Shown here: piece by piece, positions 28,778-36,506 of the stretch
Position numbering within the stretch: position 1 is the first letter of the stretch
Layout of the letters: the number at the start of each line of letters is the position of its first letter
Source of the DNA: Bacteroidetes bacterium GWF2_38_335
GTDB lineage: Bacteria; Bacteroidota; Bacteroidia; Bacteroidales; GWF2-38-335
Assembly: GCA_001769535.1 (NCBI GenBank)
Contig: MEOH01000009.1
Location: 9,961 to 73,960, forward strand
DNA: 64,000 nt
Direction of reading: 5' to 3'
Made by a program: the position numbers and the translations under genes
Notes under the pieces: generated by a model
Databases searched by the model: none
What the model saw: only the letters and a program-made list of their open reading frames with translations
Told to the model about the DNA's origin: nothing

Positions 28778-29998
28778 ATGATATATAACGCAGGAATTTT
28801 TCTTTACTATCTGCTGATCCAATTTGCCTCGCTCTTCAACGCCCGGGCAAAAAGATGGGTTGCAGGAAGAAAAGGCCTCTTTGAAAAACTCGCGAAAAAC
28901 GATTTTTCAGGGTCCAAAAAAATCTGGTTCCACGCTTCATCATTGGGTGAGTTTGAGCAAGGCAGGCCGCTGATTGAAGAATACCGCAAAAAATATCCTG
29001 ATTACAAAATCGTTGTAACTTTTTACTCACCTTCGGGATATGATCTACGAAAAAATTACGACAAGGCCGATGTGGTAACATACCTGCCCTTTGATTTCAA
29101 AAGCAATGCAAAGAAATTTATCGATTTGATTAAACCCGATGTTGCGGTGTTTATCAAATATGAGTTTTGGCTGAACTATTTGGCTGAACTGAAAAAAAGA
29201 GGTGTCAAAACATACCTTGTAAGCGGAATTTTCAGAAAAGACCAGCTATTTTTCAAATGGTACGGAGGATGGTACCGCAAAGCCCTGTTGAAGTTTGACC
29301 ATTTTTTTGTGCAAAACACCGAATCATTGGAAATACTGAAAGGTGCAGGTTTTTCAAATGTCACCCTTACCGGTGACACCCGGTGTGACCGGGTAATGCA
29401 GATTGTCGCTACTCCGGTAAACTATCCCGTTGTCGAAAAATTTGTTGCCGGCAGCACAGTTTTTATTGCAGGAAGTGCCTGGGAAACTGAGGGCGATTTT
29501 ATGGCTGAGTACATCAACAAAACAGACCGTAAGCTGAAATTCATCATTGCACCCCACGAAATCAATGAGGCAAAAATTGAAAGGCTCATTTCAAAAATCA
29601 GAAAGCCGGTGGTCAGATATTCAAAGACCGACGAGAACAACGTGGCTGATAAAGAGGTGTTGATCATTGACAATGTGGGCATGCTGGCCTCCCTGTATAG
29701 GTTTGGGCATGTTGTGTTGATCGGTGGCGGATTCAACGACGGAATTCACAATATTCTTGAGCCAGCGGCTTATGGTCGTCCTGTTATTTTCGGTCCCAAA
29801 TTCCGGAAGTTTCAGGAGGCTTATGATTTGATCAAGTTGGGCGGCGGTTTTGCGGTAAAGGACTATATTGAATTTGAAAATATAGTTGAAAAACTTTTGG
29901 GTAAGCATGAATTTCTGCAATCAGCTTCTGACATTTCGCGCAGCTACATTAGCGGCTCGGCCGGGGCTACTTGGCGGACGATGGAGGGAATGGAATAA
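28778..29998 (+). CDS. waaA: 3-deoxy-D-manno-octulosonic acid (Kdo) transferase
   Basis: 406 aa with an N-terminal membrane anchor. It has the Kdo-transferase block IWFHASSLGEFEQGRPLIEE and the C-terminal GT-B block GGGFNDGIHNILEPAAYGRPVIFGP. Confidence 0.85.
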   Translation: MIYNAGIFLYYLLIQFASLFNARAKRWVAGRKGLFEKLAKNDFSGSKKIWFHASSLGEFEQGRPLIEEYRKKYPDYKIVVTFYSPSGYDLRKNYDKADVVTYLPFDFKSNAKKFIDLIKPDVAVFIKYEFWLNYLAELKKRGVKTYLVSGIFRKDQLFFKWYGGWYRKALLKFDHFFVQNTESLEILKGAGFSNVTLTGDTRCDRVMQIVATPVNYPVVEKFVAGSTVFIAGSAWETEGDFMAEYINKTDRKLKFIIAPHEINEAKIERLISKIRKPVVRYSKTDENNVADKEVLIIDNVGMLASLYRFGHVVLIGGGFNDGIHNILEPAAYGRPVIFGPKFRKFQEAYDLIKLGGGFAVKDYIEFENIVEKLLGKHEFLQSASDISRSYISGSAGATWRTMEGME

Positions 29999-30039
29999 GA
30001 TGTAGAAATTTAAATAAGCAGTTAAACATAATCCAAAAC

Positions 30040-30135
30040 CCCGCCCTGAAAGGGCAGGTCAATTCAGCCCCGGCGTTTAGGCCGGGGTAATATGTTCCGG
30101 TTAAAAAAAGCGCCCTGAAAGGGCAGGTCAAAAAA
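30040..30135 (+). repeat. REP doublet, left flank of RAYT
   Basis: The outer module is ccGCCCTgaaAGGGCaggtcaattcaGCCCCGGcgtttaGGCCGGGG (two hairpins). The inner module is gcGCCCTgaaAGGGCaggtcaaaaaa. Confidence 0.8.
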
Positions 30136-30159
30136 TATAATTTAAACAAAATGCGTTTT

Positions 30160-30615
30160 TCAATCCGTCCACAAATATTTTTCATTATACTCAATCCCAT
30201 ATTCCTTTAAAAACATTATATACTCTTCCTCAAAGGTCATCTTTTTGTGCCACTTTTCCTGATCTTCTATATATTTTCTTGTTTTCTCACAAACCGACGG
30301 ACTAACCGAAAAGCCACCATATCCTCCTTGCCATGCAAAATTAGAATAATGTACGTCCAGTTTTTTTATCCACCTGCTACTATTGCCCTTTATTTCTTCA
30401 ACAAATTTTGAAAGGGCTATATTTTTTGACATTACACATAGAATATGTACGTGATTTTCAATCCCATTTATTAAAATTGGGATTGAATCATTATCTTTAA
30501 TAATACTTCCTAAATAGGAGTATAAAGCATCTTTATCTTCTTTTCTTATATAAATATTTTTGTTTTTAATATGATAAACTATATGAATAAATAATTTTGA
30601 TAATGACTGTGACAT
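30160..30615 (-). CDS. IS200/IS605-family Y1 (HUH) transposase, RAYT type
   Basis: 151 aa. The HUH motif lies in ENHVHILCVM and the catalytic-Tyr helix in TRKYIEDQEKWHKK. Its single-domain size and REP flanks fit a RAYT rather than a full IS200/IS605 element. Confidence 0.85.
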   Translation of the reverse strand: MSQSLSKLFIHIVYHIKNKNIYIRKEDKDALYSYLGSIIKDNDSIPILINGIENHVHILCVMSKNIALSKFVEEIKGNSSRWIKKLDVHYSNFAWQGGYGGFSVSPSVCEKTRKYIEDQEKWHKKMTFEEEYIMFLKEYGIEYNEKYLWTD

Positions 30616-30621
30616 ATTTGT

Positions 30622-30714
30622 TTTTTTTACCTGCCCTTTTAGGGCGCATTAATATTCGCTTTATTTAACCCAGGGCTTTGCCCTGGGCTGAATTGACTTG
30701 CCCTTTCAGGGCGG
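30622..30714 (-). repeat. REP doublet, right flank of RAYT (inverted relative to left flank)
   Basis: tttttttacctGCCCTtttAGGGCgc is the reverse complement of the inner left module. CCCAGGGctttgCCCTGGGctgaattgacttGCCCTttcAGGGCgg matches the outer left module, with its second hairpin changed in a compensatory way (GCCCCGG/CCGGGG versus CCCAGGG/CCCTGGG). Confidence 0.8.
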
Positions 30715-30954
30715 AAGAGTCAATTGCAAATGTTTTCAATCGGAATGTTTTTTGGTTTCAAATATATATAAAATACATTATTGTTTATAAAATTTAATAT
30801 TTTTTAATAAATCTATTATTCCGTTATTTATCTCTGAATTATTAATTCTATCAAGGAAGCCGGAAATATTGAAACAACCAGGTTTTCTGTCTGATAAAGA
30901 AAATTGAAATTGGAAAAGGTGGTTTAGAACTCAAAATATTTTACCCCCATCTAT

Positions 30955-30979
30955 CCCGATCTGAAGGGCAGGTTAATTG
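30955..30979 (+). repeat. Degenerate solo REP remnant
   Basis: cccgatctgaagggcaggttaattg resembles the conserved gccctgaaagggcaggtcaattc core but has lost the left hairpin arm. Confidence 0.4.
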
Positions 30980-31130
30980 TTTGTTTTTTTGCTATTTATG
31001 AAAAATCACAAATTGTAAAAAACAAATATGAATAGCTAGGAAAAAATTATTCGTCTTTTCCGAAGGCCATTTAAATTATTCATGACAAAAAACATTTCCC
31101 CCTTTTAAATATTATACCTATTTTTGTTCC

Positions 31131-31631
31131 ATGTACATTTCAATAAAATATAGGGGCATTATTTTACCGTTGTTGCTGCTGTTAATATTGAGCATCAGTT
31201 CATGTAATTGGTTTAGTGTAAACGGCAAAGAGCTAAAAATAATGGAAGGAAAATGGAAAGTAACCCTCCACAAGTTCACTTATTTTACAGGTCAGTATAA
31301 TGAAGTATCCTGCGATACCACTTTATATGAAACCGGAGAATTTGAGTTCCAGCAAGTTGATGAATATGGCGGCACATTTACCTTTACCCCTTCAAGCGAG
31401 AACAGGCCAATTGGTATGGGCCATGTTGTTGCCCCGATGAGCGGTACTTTTGAATTGACCGATTTAAAAACAAGTGTGGTTTTTTATCTTTACCCTGAGG
31501 GAGGCGGAACCTGGTATAAATATATTCAGATAATTGATTTTGGCAAAAGAGATCAGGTCTGGTATGCTGATTATTCATTAAATATTGAGGGAGGCGGAAA
31601 CGAAATACTTTATGTTGAAAAAACAAGATAG
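31131..31631 (+). CDS. Hypothetical lipoprotein
   Basis: 166 aa. The signal peptide has the lipobox LSISSC. The rest is beta-rich with no recognised motif. Confidence 0.55.
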   Translation: MYISIKYRGIILPLLLLLILSISSCNWFSVNGKELKIMEGKWKVTLHKFTYFTGQYNEVSCDTTLYETGEFEFQQVDEYGGTFTFTPSSENRPIGMGHVVAPMSGTFELTDLKTSVVFYLYPEGGGTWYKYIQIIDFGKRDQVWYADYSLNIEGGGNEILYVEKTR

Positions 31632-32136
31632 AAATATTATTTCGGGTTTACTGACATTGCTTGCAGCGGTCATTCTGATGACTGGTTGTGGCAAGAAGGA
31701 TTATGCCGGAGAAAAATATTTTGCAATTAAGTGGAAAATTATGGAGGCGGTTGAAGGCGGCAAGACAGAACCTCTTCTGACCTCGCCCGGATACATTGAG
31801 TTCAGAAAGGATGGCACAGGACATTTTTATTTTGAATTTGCCGATGATACTCTTGATTCAGAATTTGTTTATGCCATTGAATACTTTGCCAGTCCGTGGC
31901 CCCAGGATGAAGATTGCGATGAAAATGCCGAAAGTAACGGGCCAAACAGGATAACGCTGAGCAATCTTATTATGAACAACAGGCTTCTTTGGCAATATGG
32001 CGCGATCAATTTTTCAATCGAATATGTGAAGAAAAGAAAAAAAATGATTTTGTTGTACGATGAGTTGTTTAATACTACAACCCCTTTTCATAATTTCAAC
32101 GGCTCACTTCTTTACTTGGTTTGTGAAGCAGATTAA
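31612..32136 (+). CDS. Hypothetical lipoprotein
   Basis: I place the start at ATG 31612 (MLKKQDRNIISGLLTLLAAVILMTGC, lipobox LMTGC) rather than the track start 31585. It overlaps the upstream lipoprotein gene by 20 nt. Confidence 0.55.
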   Translation: MLKKQDRNIISGLLTLLAAVILMTGCGKKDYAGEKYFAIKWKIMEAVEGGKTEPLLTSPGYIEFRKDGTGHFYFEFADDTLDSEFVYAIEYFASPWPQDEDCDENAESNGPNRITLSNLIMNNRLLWQYGAINFSIEYVKKRKKMILLYDELFNTTTPFHNFNGSLLYLVCEAD

Positions 32137-32223
32137 CATTCACCATTTTCCAACAGTTAATTATGTCTGCAGCCTGCAAATGTTTTAACTTTCCGTATAT
32201 TTGAAATCAAATTTGGAAATAAA

Positions 32224-33264
32224 ATGATACAGTTTGATGCAACAACAATAAACAGTCTGGCAGTCCATTACGTGGGTAATAAAAGCAATGATGAGCCAAT
32301 GAGGTGTTCAGACAAAGCGCCTGATTTGAATGAAAAAACAAAGGAATTGCTGGTCAAATATTTTACCGGTTCGTTTATCAATAAACACGAATATTTCAAT
32401 CTGCACCATGAAATAAACCTTGACATGAATGAGGTGTTCCGTTGTGTAGGAAGCATTTTTGATGACCCGGGCTGTTTGCATGAGCAATCGGCAAACCTGG
32501 TCAAACACCTGTATGAACACAGCAGCCATCCGAAAGTTAAAGCCGGTGAGTTTTATACTGTGTATTTTGAGGACTGTGTTTTAGACGGAGAAAAAATCGA
32601 AGTAGTGGGTTTGTTCAAATCTGAAAACAAAGAAACATTTCTTAAGGTATATCCCCACGAAAACAATTACGAAATAAACAACGACTGGGGCATCAACATC
32701 AACAAACTGGATAAAGGCTGTCTTATTTTCAACACTGAAAAAGACAAAGGATACCTGTTGCAGATTGTTGACCAAAGCGGAAAAGGTGCCGAAGCGCTTT
32801 ACTGGACTGATGATTTTCTTCAGATCCGTCCGCGCAAAGACGAATACCACTGCACCGAAAATGTATTGACACTTTGTAAAAACTTTGTAAAAAACGAGCT
32901 GCCACAAAAATTTGAAATTTCAAAAGCCGATCAGGTGGAATTCCTGAACAAATCGGTGAAGTTTTTCAAGGAAAACGACAATTTCAATATGAATGAGTTT
33001 GCCGATGAAGTAATGGTCCAGCCCGAGATAATTTCCAGTTTTAATGAATACAAATCGGCCTATCAGCGCGATTATGATGTGGAGATTGCCGATGATTTCG
33101 AGATATCTGAAAGTGCTGTAAAAAAGCAGGCCCGCTCATTTAAAAGCGTCATCAAGCTGGATAAGAATTTTCATATCTATATTCATGGAAACCGCAATAT
33201 GATTGAGCATGGAGAGGACAATAAGGGTAAATTTTATAAGGTTTATTATAAGGAGGAGAGTTAG
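32224..33264 (+). CDS. Nucleoid-associated protein, NdpA/YejK-like
   Basis: 346 aa. The N-terminus reads INSLAVHYVGNKSNDEPMRCSDKAPDLNEKTKELLVKYFTGSF. This and the overall length resemble the NA37 family as found in Bacteroidota. The call is from memory and is not verified by a search. Confidence 0.55.
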   Translation: MIQFDATTINSLAVHYVGNKSNDEPMRCSDKAPDLNEKTKELLVKYFTGSFINKHEYFNLHHEINLDMNEVFRCVGSIFDDPGCLHEQSANLVKHLYEHSSHPKVKAGEFYTVYFEDCVLDGEKIEVVGLFKSENKETFLKVYPHENNYEINNDWGININKLDKGCLIFNTEKDKGYLLQIVDQSGKGAEALYWTDDFLQIRPRKDEYHCTENVLTLCKNFVKNELPQKFEISKADQVEFLNKSVKFFKENDNFNMNEFADEVMVQPEIISSFNEYKSAYQRDYDVEIADDFEISESAVKKQARSFKSVIKLDKNFHIYIHGNRNMIEHGEDNKGKFYKVYYKEES

Positions 33265-33396
33265 AGATTGACGAATGATACCGTCTGCATACCATCCCAT
33301 TAATAATTTAAAATTATTCTTTTTATCGAGGCATTGCACAAATTTTTCACTAAATTTACAATGGCAATCCATTTATGTCTTAACTATTTTTAGATC

Positions 33397-34656
33397 ATGG
33401 CAAATCGCATTAAAAAAACTACTCTCTTAACTTTACTTTTCTTGCTGTTTTTTGCTAATTCAAAAGCCCAAACGGAGTTTCTTGTTACAGTAAATCCTGA
33501 AGTCGGTTCATACACCATTATTGACAGTCTGCCCGGAGTAAACTGGATTGTAACCGGACCAAGTTATACGGTGTTTGATGAAATTAACCAGCGTTTTATT
33601 TTCAAGGGATCTGACAGTCTGATGAATTATTTTTTATACACCGTTGATGCAATTACCGGGGAAATAATATACAGTCCGACTTTCCCGACATTATCAGACC
33701 CATCCGACAACATCATAGAGCTTCAGTATGACAATTCAGCTGATAAACTTTATGGCTTGCACTGGGACAGTTCAGAGAACCGCGAGTACTTCGTTTCTGT
33801 TGATCCCGAAACCGGTTTTTTCACAATTATCGACAGTATTCCGGGTGTTAATTACATTGCAATCGGACCAAATTTTACCACTTTTGATAAAAACCATCAC
33901 CGGTATATTTTCAAGGGAATTGATTTCTCGGGAGTTACTCATTTATATACGATCGATGCTACTACAGGACTTACAATATCAAGTCCGGTTTTTCCTGCTA
34001 TGCCCGACGATATTATTGAACTGCATTATGATAATTCGACAGATATTTTATACGGGTTGCACAGGGATTATACAATAGGGTCACTTTTTTTAACAACCTT
34101 CGACCCGGTAACAACTGTTTACACGCACATCGACAGCATTCCCGGCATTTCGGGAATAGCCACAAGTCCGCATTTCTCAACCTTTGATGAAATCAATCAC
34201 CGATACACTTTCTATGCATACGGGCCCGACATGGCTGCCCATTTGTACACCCTTGATGCTTTAACGGCAGGTATCGTTTACAGTCCGTTGTTCCCTCAGG
34301 TTCCACTCCCCGAAAACATTATTGAGTTGAAGTATGACAATTCATCGGGTACACTTTACGCTTTGCATTGGGGACCGACTAAGCAAACCGGACTGGCCAA
34401 CGATGAAAAAAGCAATCAGTATTTCAAATTATTTCCCAATCCGTTTTCGAGCAGTACCAATATAAGTTTTGATAAGACCTATGGTGAAATTGATATATTT
34501 ATTTACAATGAAGCCGGGCAGGTGGTAAGAAAAGAGTCATTTAATAAGAACTCAACCATAACAATCCAAAAAGGCAATTTACCGAACGGTGTTTATTTTG
34601 TTTCGGTATTTTGCGATCATCAGGGTTTGGGGGTTGAGAGGATTGTTATTGAATAA
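33397..34656 (+). CDS. Secreted repeat protein with T9SS C-terminal sorting domain
   Basis: 419 aa with a signal peptide. Three tandem units of about 100 aa cover nt 33478..34377 (motifs IIDS(L/I)PGV, FD(E/K)IN(Q/H)R(F/Y), IIEL(Q/H/K)YDNS and LYGLH). The CTD is FKLFPNPFSSSTNISF...NGVYFVSVFCDHQGLGVERIVIE. Confidence 0.75.
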   Translation: MANRIKKTTLLTLLFLLFFANSKAQTEFLVTVNPEVGSYTIIDSLPGVNWIVTGPSYTVFDEINQRFIFKGSDSLMNYFLYTVDAITGEIIYSPTFPTLSDPSDNIIELQYDNSADKLYGLHWDSSENREYFVSVDPETGFFTIIDSIPGVNYIAIGPNFTTFDKNHHRYIFKGIDFSGVTHLYTIDATTGLTISSPVFPAMPDDIIELHYDNSTDILYGLHRDYTIGSLFLTTFDPVTTVYTHIDSIPGISGIATSPHFSTFDEINHRYTFYAYGPDMAAHLYTLDALTAGIVYSPLFPQVPLPENIIELKYDNSSGTLYALHWGPTKQTGLANDEKSNQYFKLFPNPFSSSTNISFDKTYGEIDIFIYNEAGQVVRKESFNKNSTITIQKGNLPNGVYFVSVFCDHQGLGVERIVIE

Positions 34657-34934
34657 CTTTTTTCAATAAAAGATTTGTTGGATAAAAATCTTCCTGAAGA
34701 GCAGATGCTCAATGAGGGAATGGCTGATGATCTGTTCAAGGGCATTGAAGATTTGCGAAACGAAATGTTGATTATTAAAACGATTGGTCAAGAGATTTAT
34801 CATTGACCATATCAGCATTACAAACACAAAGCCAATATATACCAACAATGTCTTTCTAATAAACTGTAAATGATGCTATTGAAGCGTGTTTATTAATTTT
34901 ACGCAGTATATTGAGTAAAATTACTCAATGTCTT

Positions 34935-35459
34935 TTACTCCACAATTTTATCAGTGCGACATTTTGCCTTTCTGCCAAAAAACCACCCAATCCGTTTTAT
35001 CAGATGCAGCACCAGATAGACAGTCAAAATCAAGGCCAGTTTGTCATGGATTTCAATTACAGTTTTTCTGAAAATTTCTGATTCGTTCGAAAGATGAACA
35101 AACCATGGAATGTATCCTGTTAATGCAACCAGTATAAACAAGACAGATAAAATAATAACCTGCCTGTTTTTGGCAATAAGGTTTTTTCGAATCACGATTT
35201 TGTACCATTTCCAGTGTTGTTTGATATGAAAAATCATGAAACTGGACACCATCACAATCATAATTTTATGGAGGTCTGACCATTCATAATAAGTAAATCC
35301 AAGTGCCGGATGATTGAATTTTATTTCTCCATGATTTCCCATATGATAAGAAAACTGAATGATCAATCCTGAGAAAACCATTATTAAACCGGTTAACAGC
35401 AACCCCAGATTAATTGCAAATGTTGTGCTGTTGATTTTTTTCTTTTCAGTCCGTTTCAT
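34935..35459 (-). CDS. Integral membrane protein (about 4 TM helices; DUF4405-like, unverified)
   Basis: 174 aa with four hydrophobic segments and conserved His residues. It overlaps the upstream ferredoxin gene by 14 nt. Confidence 0.5.
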   Translation of the reverse strand: MKRTEKKKINSTTFAINLGLLLTGLIMVFSGLIIQFSYHMGNHGEIKFNHPALGFTYYEWSDLHKIMIVMVSSFMIFHIKQHWKWYKIVIRKNLIAKNRQVIILSVLFILVALTGYIPWFVHLSNESEIFRKTVIEIHDKLALILTVYLVLHLIKRIGWFFGRKAKCRTDKIVE

Positions 35460-35691
35460 GATCAGTTCTTTTTGATAGCGACTGTGTTTTGCACACTTTC
35501 AGACATTTAAAGCATCCTGTGCATTGGGTTCCTTTTTTTATTACCGCATGTTTGTGACATGGAAGATTTACCCGGCCAATTACATTATGAGAGCATTCTG
35601 GAATGCATTTCCAGCAGGCACAGCAAATTCTTGTGTCAAGGTTCAGAAACCTCGATTGCCTTTTGTTTTGCCTGTTTGATTTTCGTCGCAT
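35446..35691 (-). CDS. Small 2x[4Fe-4S] ferredoxin-domain protein
   Basis: 81 aa with two CxxCxxCxxxC motifs (CCACWKCIPEC and CTGCFKCLKVC). Confidence 0.7.
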   Translation of the reverse strand: MRRKSNRQNKRQSRFLNLDTRICCACWKCIPECSHNVIGRVNLPCHKHAVIKKGTQCTGCFKCLKVCKTQSLSKRTDHETD

Positions 35692-35761
35692 GAGTAATCA
35701 ATTATCACAAAAATATTCATGTGATGGCTCATGCAACGATAACAATTGTTAAGAAATGCAG

Positions 35762-36316
35762 CTATTTTTTATTTCTGATTCTGCTTAAGGAAATCGGTGT
35801 GATTCCCAGATATGATGCAATATAATGCTGAGGAACCCGCTGAATTATTTCGGGATGGTTTTTAAGTAAATCTTCATAACGCTTTCGGGGATTGTCTTTA
35901 ATGCGCGAAAGGAATAATTGGGCATAGTTTCTAAAACGGGTGTACAGAATTTTATTAAACCCTTCCTTCATTTCGGGATAATGGTTCAATATAAAATTAA
36001 AGTTCTCTCTGCTAAGTGAAAACAAAACGGTGGGCTCAATACTTTCGATGGTAAACAGAGTTGGCTGGCTTTCAATAAAACTATCAATGGATGCCACGGC
36101 CTGTCCTTCGAAAAAGAACTGAAAAGTGATGTCTTTTCCATCGTTATTAAACCACATTCTGAGACAGCCTTTTTTAATAAAAAACAAAGTGTCGGCTATC
36201 TCACCTTCTTTAAGGAGCACAGTTTTTGCAGGAATTTTCTTTTCACAAAAAAAGAGTCTGAATTTCTCCCAATTTTCTTTATCTGCTTTTAATTTTTCGA
36301 CCAGTTTTTCGATCAT
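35762..36316 (-). CDS. Crp/Fnr-family transcriptional regulator
   Basis: 184 aa. It has an N-terminal cyclic-nucleotide-binding-like barrel (LLKEGEIADTLFFIKKGCLRMW) and the C-terminal HTH VPQHYIASYLGITPISLSRIR. Confidence 0.8.
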   Translation of the reverse strand: MIEKLVEKLKADKENWEKFRLFFCEKKIPAKTVLLKEGEIADTLFFIKKGCLRMWFNNDGKDITFQFFFEGQAVASIDSFIESQPTLFTIESIEPTVLFSLSRENFNFILNHYPEMKEGFNKILYTRFRNYAQLFLSRIKDNPRKRYEDLLKNHPEIIQRVPQHYIASYLGITPISLSRIRNKK

Positions 36317-36506
36317 ACCGGATTTTTAGAATGAAAATTTATGAATCGCTGAACAAATATCGTAAAAAAAATTGATCGTTTTTAATTTCAAATTTATCCG
36401 CTTTCCTGAACACTGTCAACAATTTTCTCCACTTAAAGAAAAAAACCGGTATATAAATATTTCCTTACAAAAAAATGTTTTCAAATTTACTACCTTCGTC
36501 CCTCAA

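Larger units (their letters stand above)
30040..30714 (-). mobile_element. REP-associated tyrosine transposase (RAYT) unit: IS200-like Y1 transposase gene flanked by inverted REP doublets
   Basis: The left flank (30040..30135) and right flank (30622..30714) are reverse complements of each other and enclose the 151-aa HUH/Y1 transposase gene. See the separate repeat and CDS entries. Confidence 0.8.

Noticed and set aside
36331-36375. 14-codon upstream ORF (MKIYESLNKYRKKN) as a tet-type leader peptide
   Set aside because: It begins only 15 nt from the divergent Crp gene start, leaving no room for a promoter upstream of it. I could not find an attenuator stem-loop pairing.
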